A stretch of 64,000 nucleotides of DNA. Source: Eledone cirrhosa. Taxonomy: Eukaryota. The stretch spans positions 95,869 through 159,868 of the forward strand of contig CAXHJY010000329.1 in assembly GCA_964016885.1 (NCBI GenBank), given 5' to 3'. Numbering within the stretch: the first letter of the stretch is position 1; each line of letters starts with the position of its first letter. This document shows, in pieces, positions 46,501-58,001 of the stretch. A model generated the notes under the pieces. That model did no database searches. It saw only the letters and a program-made list of their open reading frames with translations, and was not told the origin of the DNA. The translations under genes were made by a program, and so were the position numbers.

Positions 46501-49500
46501 GACAAAAGAGTTATGGGTTATACGCCCTGTTATTAGACTATAATATTGGCAGAATGGGTGGAGCGTCTGACAACAGAGTTATGGTTTATACGCCCTGTTA
46601 TTAGACTATAATATTGGCAGAATGGGTGGAGCGTCAGACAACAGACTTATGGTTTATACGCCCTGTTATTAGACTATAATATTGGCAGAATGGGTGGAGC
46701 GGCAGACAACAGAGATATGGTTTATACGCCCTGTTATTAGACTGTAATATTGGCAGAATCTGTGGAGCGTCAGACCAGAGAGTTATGGTTTATACGCCCT
46801 GTTATTAGACTATAATATTGGCAGAATGGGTGGAGCGTCAGACACCAGAGTTATGGTTTATACGCCCTGTTATTAGACTATAATATTGGCAGAATGGGTG
46901 GAGTGTCTGGCAACAGTGTTATGGTTTATACGCCCTGTTATTAGACTATAATATTGGCAGATTGGGTGGAGCGTCAGACAACAGAGTTATGGTTTATACG
47001 CCCTGTTATTAGACTATAATATTGGCAGAATCTGTGGAGCGTCAGACAATAGAGTTATGGTTTATACGCCCTGTTATTATACTATAATATTGGCAGAATG
47101 GGTGGAGCGTCAGACACCAGAGTTATGGTTTATACGCCCTGTTATTAGACTATAATATTGGCAGAATGGGTGGAGCGTCAGACACCAGAGTTATGGTTTA
47201 TACGCCCTATTATTAGACTATAATATTGGCAGAATGGGTGGAGCGTCAGACAAAAGAGTTATGGTTTATACGCCCTGTTATTAGACTATAATATTGGCGG
47301 AATGGGTGGAGCGTCAGACAAAAGAGTTATGGTTTATACGCCCTGTTATTAGACTATAATATTGGCAGAATGGGTGGAGCGTCAGACACCAGAGTTATGG
47401 TTTATACGCCCTGTTATTAGACTATAATATTGGCGGAATGGGTGGAGCGTCAGACAAAAGAGTTATGGTTTATACGCCCTGTTATTAGACTATAATATTG
47501 GCAGAATGGGTGGAGCGTCAGACACCAGAGTTATGGTTTATACGCCCTGTTATTAGACTATAATATTGGCGGAATGGGTGGAGCGTCAGACAAAAGAGTT
47601 ATGGTTTATACGCACTGTTATTAGACTATAATATTGGCAGAATGGGTGGAGCGTCAGACAAAAGAGTTATGGTTTATACGCACTGTTATTAGACTATAAT
47701 ATTGGCAGAATGGGTGGAGCGTCAGACACCAGAGTTATGGTTTATACGCCCTGTTATTAGACTATAATATTGGCGGAATGGGTGGAGCGTCAGACAAAAG
47801 AGTTATGGTTTATACGCCCTGTTATTAGACTATAATATTGGCGGAATGGGTGGAGCGTCAGACAAAAGAGTTATGGTTTATACGCACTGTTATTAGACTA
47901 TAATATTGGCAGAATGGGTGGAGCGTCAGACACCAGAGTTATGGTTTATACGCCCTGTTATTAGACTATAATATTGGCGGAATGGGTGGAGCGTCAGACA
48001 AAAGAGTTATGGTTTATACGCCCTGTTATTAGACTATAATATTGGCAGAATGGGTGGAGCGTCAGACACCAGAGTTATGGTTTATACGCCCTGTTATTAG
48101 ACTATAATATTGGCGGAATGGGTGGAGCGTCAGACAAAAGAGTTATGGTTTATACGCACTGTTATTAGACTATAATATTGGCAGAATGGGTGGAGCGTCA
48201 GACACCAGAGTTATGGTTTATACGCCCTGTTATTAGACTATAATATTGGCGGAATGGGTGGAGCGTCAGACAAAAGAGTTATGGTTTATACGCCCTGTTA
48301 TTAGACTATAATATTGGCAGAATGGGTGGAGCGTCAGACACCAGAGTTATGGTTTATACGCCCTGTTATTAGACTATAATATTGGCAGAATGGGTGGAGC
48401 GTCAGACACCAGAGTTATGGTTTATACGCCCTGTTATTAGACTATAATATTGGCGGAATGGGTGGAGCGTCAGACAACAGAGTTATGGTTTATACGCCCT
48501 GTTATTAGACTATAATATTGGCAGAATGGGTGGAGCATCTGACAACAGAGTTATGGTTTATACGCCCTGTTATTAGACTATAATATTGGCAGAATGGGTG
48601 GAGCGTCAGACAACAGACTTATGGTTTATACGCCCTGTTATTAGACTATAATATTGGCAGAATGGGTGGAGCGGCTGACAACAGAGATATGGTTTATACG
48701 CCCTGTTATTAGACTATAATATTGGCAGAATCTGTGGAGCGTCAGACAACAGGTTTATGGTTTATACGCCCTGTTATTAGACTATAATATTGACAGAATG
48801 GGTGGAGCGTCAGACAATAGAGTTATGGTTTATACGCCCTGTTATTAGACTATAATATTGGCAGAATGTGTGGAGCGTCAGACAACAGGTTTATGATTTA
48901 TACGCCCTGTTATTAGACTATAATATTGGCAGAATGGGTGGAGCGTCAGACAACAGAGTTATGGTTTATACGCAGTTATTAGACTATAACATTGGCAAAA
49001 TGGGTGGAGCATCAGACACCAGAGTTATGTTTTATACGCCCTGTTATTAGACTATAATATTGGCAGAATGGGTGGAGCGTCAGGCACCAGAGTTATGGTT
49101 TATACGCCCTGTTATTAGACTATAATATTGGCATAATGGGTGGAGCGTCAGGCACCAGAGTTATGGTTTATACGCCCTATTATTAGACTATAATATTGGC
49201 AGAATGGGTGGAGCGTCAGACAACAGAGTTATGGTTTATACGCCCTGTTATTAGACTATAATATTGGCAGAATGGGTGGAGCGTCAGACAACAGAGTTAT
49301 GGTTTATTCGCCCTGTTATTAGACTATAATATTGGCAGAATGGGTGGAGCATCAGACAACAGAGTTATGGTTTATACGCCCTGTTATTAGACTATAATAT
49401 TGGCAGAATGGGTGGAGCGTCAGACAACAGAGTTATGGTTTATACGCCCTGTTATTAGACTATAATATTGGCAGAATGGGTGGAGCGTCAGACACCAGAG

Positions 49501-50250
49501 TTATGGTTTATACGCCTTGTTATTAGACTATGATATTGGCAGAATCTGTGGAGCGTCAGACAACAGAGATATGGTTTATACGCCCTGTTATTAGACTATA
49601 ATATTGGCAGAATGGGTGGAGCGTCAGACAACAGAGTTATGGTTTATACACCCTGTTATTAGACTATAATATTGGCAGAATGGGTGGAGCGTCAGACAAC
49701 AGGGTTATGGTTTATACGCCCTGTTATTAGACTATCATATTGGCAGAATGGGTGGAGCGTCAGACAACAGAGTTATGGTTTATACGCACTGTTATTAGAC
49801 TATAATATTGGCAGAATGGGTGGAGCGTCAGACAACAAAGTTATGGTTTATACGCCCTGTTATTAGACTATAATATTGGCATAATGGGTGGAGCGTCAGA
49901 CAACAGAGTTATGGTTTATACGCACTGTTATTAGACTATAATATTGGCAGAATCAGTGGAGCGTCAGACACCAGAGTTATGGTTTATACGCCCTGTTATT
50001 AGACTATAATATTGGCCGAATGGGTGGAGCGTCAGACAACAGTGTTATGGTTTATAGGCCCTGTTATTAGACTATAATATTGGCAGAATGGGTGGAGCGT
50101 CAGACAACAGAGTTATGGTTTATACGCCCTGTTATTAGACTATAATATTGGCAGAATGGGTGGAGCGTCAGACACCAGAGTTATGGTTTATACGCCCTGT
50201 TATTAGACTATAATATTGGCAGAATGGGTGGAGCGTCAGACAACAGAGTT
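31600..50250 (+). repeat. ~9.2-9.9 kb higher-order tandem duplication with a nested 1494-bp duplication
   Basis: Offsets are 9174 (31732/40906, 36012/45186, 36420/45594) and 9854 = 9174+680 (39014/48868, 39818/49672). A nested 1494-bp (22-mer minus 2 bp) repeat is marked by deletion variants at 33480/34974 and 42654/44148. Boundaries are approximate. Confidence 0.88.
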
Positions 50251-51372
50251 ATGGTTTATACGACCTGTTATTAGACTATATTATTGGCAGAATGGGTGGA
50301 GCGTCAGACACCAGAGTTATGGTTTATACGCCCTGTTATTAGACTATAATATTGGCAGAATGGGTGGAGCGGCAGACAACAGAGTTATGGTTTATACGCC
50401 CTGTTATTAGACTATAATATTGGCAGAATGGGTGGAGCGTCAGACAACAGTGTTATGGTTTATACGCCCTGTTATTAGACTATAATATTGGTAGAATGGG
50501 TGGAGCGTCAGACAACAGAGTTACGGTTTATACGCCCTGTTATTAGACTATAATATTGGCAGAATGGGTGGAGCGTCAGACAACAGAGTTATGGTTTATA
50601 CGCCCTGTTATTAGACTATAATATTGGCAGAATGGGTGGAGCGTCAGACAACAGAGTTATGGTTTATACGCCCTGTTATTAGACTATCATATTGGCAGAA
50701 TGGGTGGAGCGTCAGACAACAGAGTTATGGTTTATACGCACTGTTATTAGACTATAATATTGGCATAATGGGTGGAGCGTCAGACAACAGAGTTATGGTT
50801 TATACGCACTGTTATTAGACTATAATATTGGCAGAATCAGTGGAGCGTCAGACACCAGAGTTATGGTTTATACGCCCTGTTATTAGACTATAATATTGGC
50901 CGAATGGGTGGAGCGTCAGACAACAGTGTTATGGTTTATACGCCCTGTTATTAGACTATAATATTGGCAGAATGGGTGGAGCGTCAGACACCAGAGTTAT
51001 GGTTTATACGCCCTGTTATTAGACTATAATATTGGCCGAATGGGTGGAGCGTCAGACAACAGTGTTATGGTTTATACGCCCTGTTATTAGACTATAATAT
51101 TGGCAAAATGGGTGGAGCGTCAGACAACAGAGTTATGGTTTATACGCCCTGTTATTAGACTATAATATTGGCAGAATGGGTGGAGCGTCAGACACCAGAG
51201 TTATGGTTTATACGCCCTGTTATTAGACTATAATATGGGCAGAATGGGTGGAGCGGCAGACAACAGTGTTATGGTTTATACGCCCTGTTATTAGACTATA
51301 ATATTGGCAAAATGGGTGGAGCGTCAGACACCAGAGTTATGGTTTATACGCCCTGTTATTAGACTATAATAT

Positions 51373-51556
51373 TGGCAGAATGGGTGGAGCGTCAGACACC
51401 ATGCCTTGCAGCATAGGAGTTATGGTCCTTTATGTTCTGAGTTCAAATCCCGCCAAGGTTAACTTTGCCTTTCATCCTTACGGGGTCGATAAAATAAAGT
51501 ACCAGTACATTACTGGTACTTTGCACGAATTGTGCCAAAAGTAGATACAATTATTA
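51373..51556 (+). mobile_element. tRNA-derived SINE (family A) forming the right terminus of the satellite
   Basis: A box TGGCAGAATGG at 51373-51383 and B box GTTCAAATCC at 51441-51450. The body AACTTTGCCTTTCATCCTTACGGGGTCGATAAAATAAAGTACCAG is shared with copies at 52796, 60806 and 62208(-). The ATT-rich tail grades into (GTT)n. Confidence 0.9.
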
Positions 51557-51819
51557 TGATTATTGTTGTTGCTGTTATTGTTGTCGTTACTGTTGTTGTT
51601 GTCGTTCTTTTTGTTGCTGTTGTTGTCGATGTTGTTGTTGTTGTTGTCGATGTTACTGTAGTTGCTGTTGTGTCATTGTTGTTGTTGCTGTGCTGTTGTT
51701 GTCGTTGTTGTTGTTGCTGTGCTGCTGATGTTGTTGTCTTTGTTGTTGTTGCTATGCTGTTGTTGTTGTTGTTGTCGTTGTTGTTGTTGTTGTCGTTGTT
51801 GTTGTTGCTGTGCTCTTGT

Positions 51820-51853
<34 letters not shown>

Positions 51854-51980
51854 GTCGTTGTCGCTGTTGTTGTCGTTGTTGTTGTTGCTGTGCTGTTGTT
51901 GTTGTTGTTGTTGTCATTGTTGTTGTTGTTATTGTCGTTGTTGTTGCTGTGCTGTTGTTGTTATTGTTGTTATTGTTGTT

Positions 51981-52013
<33 letters not shown>

Positions 52014-52041
52014 ATTGTTGTCGTTGCTGGTGTTGCTGTGC

Positions 52042-52080
<39 letters not shown>

Positions 52081-52085
52081 GCTGC

Positions 52086-52124
<39 letters not shown>

Positions 52125-52141
52125 CTTTGTTATCGCAGTGC

Positions 52142-52190
<49 letters not shown>

Positions 52191-52580
52191 GCTGTTGTTG
52201 TTGTTTTCATTGTCGTCGATGTTGTCGTTGTTGTTGTTGTTGATTTTTTGTCGTTGTTGTTGCTGTTGTTGTTGTTGTTGTTGTTGTGGTGGTGGTGGTG
52301 GTGGTGGTGTTGTTGGCGAGTACGGGAAGATGGTGGTTATAGTGGTGGTCGTTGTTGTCGTTCTTGTTGCTGTTGTTGTTGTTATTGTGGTGGTGGTACA
52401 GGAGTGTGTGGGGGCGTATGGTCGTCGTCGTCGTCGTCATTGTCATCGTTGTTGTTTGTGTTGTGGTAGTGGTGGTGATGATGATGTTTTGTTGTTTTTG
52501 CTGTCGTTGTTGTTGTTGGTGGTGGTAGAGGAGGTGTGTTGGGACGTATGGTCGTCGTCATCGTCATCGTTGTTGTTGTT
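51557..52580. repeat. Compound (GTT)n/(GCT)/(GTC)/(GGT) trinucleotide microsatellite, ~1 kb
   Basis: Seen directly. It explains the poly-V/L/C/T/Q ORFs at 51510-52721. Confidence 0.97.
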
Positions 52581-52795
52581 TTCCTGTTTTACTTTGTTTC
52601 AATTCAACGAAAAAGTCAGTGCCAGATATCTTCCAACCATTTTCTCTTCTTCAATTCAACCAGAGAATTGATTACTGGAGCCAAACAAAAAAATAAATCC
52701 TCAAAGAATTCAATTCAATGATAACATTGTATATTATGGCACAACCTTGCAGGCTACTCCACTTCTTCTACTTCTAATAGACTTTCATTATCTTT

Positions 52796-52979
52796 CGGTG
52801 AATTGGCAGTATCGGTAGAGGGTCGGACGCCATGGTTTCACGCAAAGAGTTACGGCCCTTTATGATATGATTTCAAATCCCGCCGAGGTTAAATTTGCCT
52901 TTCATCCATACGGGGTTGATAAAATAAAGTACCAGTAATGTGCTGGATAATTGCTGGCCTTGTGCCAAACGTAGAAATA
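52796..52979 (+). mobile_element. tRNA-derived SINE (family A), near full length, with 9-bp TSD
   Basis: TGGCAGTATCGG A box, TTTCAAATCC degenerate B box and the shared central body. Flanked by the direct repeat ATTATCTTT at 52787-52795 and 52980-52988. Confidence 0.88.
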
Positions 52980-53094
52980 ATTATCTTTATTATGCTTGTC
53001 TTTGTCAACTAATACGCATCATGTAGCTCTGTCTGTATATTTTATTTTTCTTGCTTTATTTTACTGGGAGATACTTGCAAGGTATTGCTCAACT

Positions 53095-53196
53095 CGAGGT
53101 GTGGTAAAGGACACTCATCCAAGTTATCCAACAGCAGTACTGAACCGAGAAACACGTGGTTGAGTAGTGAATTCTTTAACCACACAGCCATGCCTT
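53095..53196 (-). mobile_element. Degenerate second tRNA-derived SINE head (family B)
   Basis: Minus strand reads GGCATGGCTGTGTGGTTAAAGAA...CAACCACGTGTTTCTCGGTTCAGTACTG...CTTGGATGAGTGTC, with A-box and B-box-like motifs. Resembles, from memory, an abundant octopus SINE. Confidence 0.6.
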
Positions 53197-53225
53197 CACC
53201 TATACACACACACACACGCACACAT

Positions 53226-53257
<32 letters not shown>

Positions 53258-53365
53258 TTATTATAAGTACAGATTAAAGTTTAAGCAAAGAAGCGCTTTT
53301 TCACCCTTTTACGGGATCTTCTGAAATTCGAGCCATCCTCGGATTTTAGTCTTCACATTTGTTAT

Positions 53366-53368
<3 letters not shown>

Positions 53369-53422
<54 letters not shown>
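53369..53422. repeat. (TA)n microsatellite
   Basis: Pure TA run seen directly. Confidence 0.97.
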
Positions 53423-53424
<2 letters not shown>

Positions 53425-53783
53425 AATATAAATTAGCGAGAATCGTATTTCCGCTTTGGAATTCGCGAAAAACGACTTCCGAGATGTGTGGCAAGCGCTC
53501 AATAATTCTGAGGAACCAGAGCTACAACATACGTTAAAGGCCAAACATACAGAGACGATGGTTAAACCGTCATCCGCAAAGCCATAGAAACGACCAAGTA
53601 ATTCGGGTCAAACAAATAAAAAAATATGTGATTGAAAAAATTAACCCGGACCCCTGGATGGTTGGTAAAATCCAGCATTTGGGTTTCTGCGACTCCTAAA
53701 TCAAGTACTGTCCGCTTAGACAAATAATGTTAGGCTTCTGGTAAGATGATTGAACAAGGAGGTCACTTTCTCAACAGCTTTTA

Positions 53784-53784
<1 letters not shown>

Positions 53785-53841
<57 letters not shown>
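53785..53841. repeat. (TA)n microsatellite
   Basis: Pure TA run seen directly. Confidence 0.97.
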
Positions 53842-53845
<4 letters not shown>

Positions 53846-54236
53846 TCAGTATTTTGAATCTGTCTGCAGAATTCTCTAGACCTTTGTCACTTAGTAGAAC
53901 CTTAATGACTTTAGCTTTTAAAGAATCTCCCTTTTCTTTAATTCTATCGACCATGACTGATCCCCCACTGACTTTATAGACATCTGTTAGCTTAAGAGAA
54001 ACTTATTGACAAGGAATGGTATGCCATCCGGAACCTGTTTATAGAATTCTGTCTGCCTTTGTTACTCTAAAAACATAAATAAATATAAATAAAAATAAAA
54101 ATAAACTATAGCTTTGTAGAATTAGCTTTTAATGAATTCCCTTTTCTATCAACCAATGACCTGCACCCATCCCACTCCCCACCCTCTCCTACCACTTGTA
54201 GAGACCTATAAATACCATATTTATTTTTTGATACCC

Positions 54237-54287
54237 AGATTCCTGATGATTTCTAATGAATGAAACAGTTCTAGTCCTGTAGAATCT
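54237..54287 (+). ncRNA. Type I hammerhead ribozyme motif
   Basis: Stem I AGATTC/GAATCT. Core CTGATGA at 54243-54249. Stem II TTC-taat-GAA with U.U at its base. GAAA at 54262-54265. Stem III ACAG/CTGT. GUA cleavage triplet ending at 54281. Confidence 0.8.
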
Positions 54288-54299
54288 CTTCTATATTAA

Positions 54300-54459
<160 letters not shown>

Positions 54460-55579
54460 CGAAGGAATCGTGGTAAGAAACCAGATTGACATAAGCACCA
54501 AAGTACTCAATACTTAGGGTAGTAGAGTGGGTAATAGGAACAAGTATGACCCGGACGGCAGAGCTCGACGGCTATTTCTGGACTAAATAAGAATTTTTAG
54601 CCTGGTAAATAAATAACCGAACTTCTCAGGGGGTATTACTTTATATGGGAAAATAGTAATTGTCGAGAGGATTCGTCAAAAATTTGTTGTAAAGACAGAT
54701 CATGGCATTTGGTGGGAGGTAGGGTGGCTGAATTTGCCTGTAGAACAAAGAGGGAGTGGGGAAAACCCAGTGAAGCGTAGAAATTGAAATCTATACAGCA
54801 GATTCTAAGGATAGTGAATAAAAGGTCGAAAAAAGTGTACTGGAGAAGAGGGGGGGGGGGAGTTGGAAGAATTGGTAAATCGAAATGGAGTAAAAAAAAA
54901 ACAAAAACATTATAAAAATAAAGAAAGAAATATATAAAAACAATTTCTGGTTACTACATTTCTACAATCACCAAATCTCTCATTGGTATTGCTAAGCTAT
55001 AGAAAAGTTTAATAGGTGGAGAATGGGAAAAATACTAAATACAAGATTGTAGTGAAAGAATTTTATAAAGCCGGCTTTACAGGGAGTTTAACACCGCTGC
55101 TATAGATAGTTAGTAATCAGCCAATGCTATCTTACAATGACAGGTTAATAAGTTGAGAACAAAAATAGTAAAATACTATTACAAAAATATTAATACTAAT
55201 ACAAAAATACTAATACAAAAATACCACTAAGAAATTTAGAAACCATAGAAATGGAGCAGCAACCAAAAGGAAAAAAATTAGTGGGGTCTAACACATCTGC
55301 TATAAAAAGCGTAATCGGCCAATTCTATCTTAAAATTAGGGGGGAGGGAGTACTGAGGCTACAGAGGACCGCTGGGCTGCATGGGGATAGGCGAAAGGTG
55401 AAAAAAAGAGACGAGGAAGGAGATCTGGGGTGGAAGGACTAGGAAGAGATGGGGGAAGAAGGAAACATAGAGGAAAAGATAAAAAAGTTACGTCTACCTT
55501 TGTAAGCAGGGTTTACCCCTTACAAAATCGGCAAGTGGGGTATCAGCCCTTGTCTACCCCCCCCCCCCCCCGCCGGGGT

Positions 55580-56997
55580 CATTAAGGGGTTTGAGGGCGA
55601 GGTAAGTCCTACGCAATCTGTGTTTGCATGCGGTTACCAGTTCGTCTTTCTTATTTATGAGTTGGTCCTTCGAAAACAGCATTTGTAATGTTTCCTACCA
55701 GCATAAGTTACACGGACGGCGTCCTCACGTGTAAGAGTTAGCTCTGGACAGTAAGCTCCAAGTGAGATTGTAGGTTATGTTATTATCTTTGACGTCCCAG
55801 ATCTGGCCCGAAAGTGTAGTGGCATATCGCCGGGCCGGGTTTCGGAAAGTGTGTCGGTGTTGGTAGAGCCGGGTCTTGAAGTCACAAGCGGTTAATCCTA
55901 TATAAGCTTTGTTGGAGGTGTCCGTCCTCACGTTGCACTGGTAGATCACATTACGATCTCGGCATCTCTTGTTGAGGGGGCACATGGATCTATCAGGACA
56001 GTTACACCTCCTGGTCGGCTCTCCACTGGTGTCTAGATTATTTCTTCCATAGTGGTTAAGTTTTTTGTTGTTAGAGGAGACGATGTTTTGTGCGAAGTTA
56101 GGGGTGGTGCTGTAGGAGAGTTTGATTGTGTTTTTGTTGATTATATTGGGGTTGCGGTGTTGTAGTGAGAAGTGTTTTTCGAGGAGCCTAAAGAAGATTT
56201 TCCCGATAGGTGTTGTCGCCTAGGCATTGTGGGGAGGATTGAACCACGTTACGTTGCGTGAGCGGCGGTGTCGCCTGCTGGTTCCGCTAATGGAAGCTGG
56301 ATAATAGGATATTTCCTCCCTGAAGCCACTCCGCCTGAGGGCCTGGTTGTAATAAGGCTCATGTTCGTCGAATATCTGCTCATTAGCGGACAAACGAGAT
56401 ATGCGGGCGGAGATGTTTTTAACCAGGTTATTTGTGATGTTTCTAGGATCGTTCTATCGGCGGTGGATGTAATGCAGGTTGTCGTTTGGTGTCTTGTATG
56501 GGTAGTACAGATCATTTTCGAGGTTAACGGTGACGTCCAGGAAGTTTACTCGGGTTAGCGACGTTTGTAGGATTATTCTAAATTCCCAGTCCCTGAAGAA
56601 GCTGATTAGTTGTTTACGGACACGGTCTGTACTACTGGGGTTGTACCCTCTGAGGGTGAGGAGCCCATCATCGCGGTACAATCCACCGCCGAATGCAGGA
56701 AACATTTCGGTGAGTTTAAATAGTAGGAACAATCCTATAAGATCTGTGACCTCAGCCGAATCCGTTGCGCGCATACTGACGTCGAAGGAGGAGTCAGGAG
56801 CTCTCTTTATCCATTTGGAGTTGTCGAAAAGTAGGACTGTTTTCCTGGCGTGGATGATGATATTTCTTTCCTGGTCGGTGATGGGCGTGAGTGTTTCGGC
56901 AAAGTCCAAGGCGGCCGTAAGGAGCGGTAAGGTAATTGATGCATAGTAACTCTCTATGTCAAACTGGATGAATTTTGTGTCTCGTTTGTCCTCCATA
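55580..56997 (-). pseudogene. Disrupted PLE ORF: reverse transcriptase + GIY-YIG endonuclease
   Basis: RT motifs FDIESYYASI, GLYRDDGL and VNFLDVTVNL (ORF 56454-57062). Cys-rich linker and GIY-YIG NVIYQC...AYIGLTACDFKTRLYQH (ORF 55725-55985). C-terminal LINKKDELVTACKH near 55620-55665. Broken by frameshifts and stops. The first ~22 aa of the ORF-track protein come from the inverted repeat. Confidence 0.9.
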
Positions 56998-57356
56998 TTA
57001 GCAATACCAATGAGACATTTGGTGATTGTAGAAATGGAGTAGTAACCAGAAATTGTTTTCATATAATTATTACGTTATTTTTATAATGGTTTTTTTTTCT
57101 CCCTTTCGATTTACCTATACTTCCAACTCCCCCACCCTCCTCTTCTCCAGTACACCTTTTTCGACCTTTTATACTCTATTCTTAGAATCTGCTGTATAGA
57201 TTTCAATTTCAACGCTTCACTGGGTTTCCCCCACTCCCTCTTTGTTCTACCGGCAAGTTCGGCCATTCCTACCCCCCACCAAATGCCATAATCTGTCTTT
57301 ACAACAAATTTTTGACCAATCCTCTCGACAATAACTATCTTTCCATATAAGGTAAT

Positions 57357-57452
57357 ACCTCCTGAGAAGTTCGGCTATTTATTTACCAGGCTAAAAATCC
57401 TTATTTAGTCCAGAAATAGCCGTCGAAACGGCTTCAGCTCTGCCGTCGGGGT
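57357..57452 (+). ncRNA. Hammerhead-like motif with variant core (CUGAGAA) in the inverted terminal copy of PLE1
   Basis: Stem I ACCTC/GGGGT. CTGAGAA at 57362-57368. Long stem II CGGCTATTT/AAATAGCCG. GAAA at 57425-57428. Stem III ACGGC/GCCGT. GUC triplet ending at 57447. G8 of the consensus core is A. Confidence 0.55.
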
Positions 57453-57462
57453 GATAGTTGTT

Positions 57463-57497
<35 letters not shown>

Positions 57498-57684
57498 ATA
57501 CTTGGGGAGGGTCATATTTGTGTAATATTGCCAGAATTAATAACAGAACACACTCACTGTTTGGTTGGTTTTGGCTTTTCGCTTCTGTGTCCTTTATATC
57601 GGTAATCTAATTTATTCGGTCCTCAATGTTGCCATTGACTGACCAACGGTCAAAAATAATACAGATACAATATAGACACAAACA

Positions 57685-57742
57685 CATATATATAGTTTAT
57701 CAAACTTCTTTCGTTGCACATCTGCAACATCGTCAGTGGTGC
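57685..57742 (-). ncRNA. Degenerate hammerhead in the PLE2 3' UTR
   Basis: Minus strand: CTGACGA, then t-GTTGCA-gatg-TGCAAC, GAAA, gaa, GTTT-gat-AAAC, TA. Core and stem II are intact, there are 3 extra nt before stem III, and the 3' strand of stem I is not recognisable. Confidence 0.45.
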
Positions 57743-58001
57743 TATTGTTTCCTCCCGTTGCATTGTATTTTCTACGCCATCTTTATTTAGTCTGTTTATA
57801 TATTTATTTATTTGTTTATTTTATTTTGTCTTCTTTGCGCATGCGTTTGCGTGTGTGTATAGTGTTCTGTTTGATGTGTGTTTGTGATTGGGTGAGTGTG
57901 TATTGGTTAATGTATTCTATCTTTACTAGTGTGTGTTTATATGTGTTTGTCGTTATTGTGCTTGTGTATGTATTTATTTATTTATTTATCTATTTATTTA
58001 T

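Larger units (their letters stand above)
1..51400 (+). repeat. 68-bp tandem satellite array (~755 monomers, left end outside window), derived from a SINE head
   Basis: Uninterrupted repetition of GTCAGACA(A/C)CAGAGTTATGGTTTATACGCCCTGTTATTAGACTATAATATTGGCAGAATGGGTGGAGC (68 bp) with scattered substitutions and rare 1-2 bp indels. 51400/68 is about 756. The array ends at 51400 where the sequence continues into a SINE body. Confidence 0.99.
54459..57466 (-). mobile_element. Penelope-like retroelement 1 (5'-truncated, with inverted copy of its 3' end)
   Basis: RT and GIY-YIG remnants on the minus strand. A ~460-bp inverted repeat pairs 54534-54995 with 56998-57467. Both ends abut (TA)n. Confidence 0.88.

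Noticed and set aside
4946-50818. Repeated 60-64 aa ORFs (MAEWVERQ...)
   Set aside because: They are artefacts of a 68-bp unit cycling through three frames. They open only where a point variant removes a TAA, start at TTG/GTG, and show no protein signature.
1-51400. CRISPR array or bacterial promoter array (TATAAT in every unit)
   Set aside because: Units are contiguous with no unique spacers and no cas genes. The context is eukaryotic, and TATAAT is incidental to the monomer.
51373-51460. Functional tRNA gene
   Set aside because: A and B boxes are present but no cloverleaf could be formed, and the sequence continues into a dispersed SINE body found four times in the window.
51510-52721. 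Long poly-V/L/C/T/Q ORFs
   Set aside because: These are translations of the (GTT)n microsatellite, which lacks stops in most frames.
53508-53610. CTGAGGA...GAAAC as a hammerhead
   Set aside because: No convincing stem I or stem III/NUH pairing could be built.
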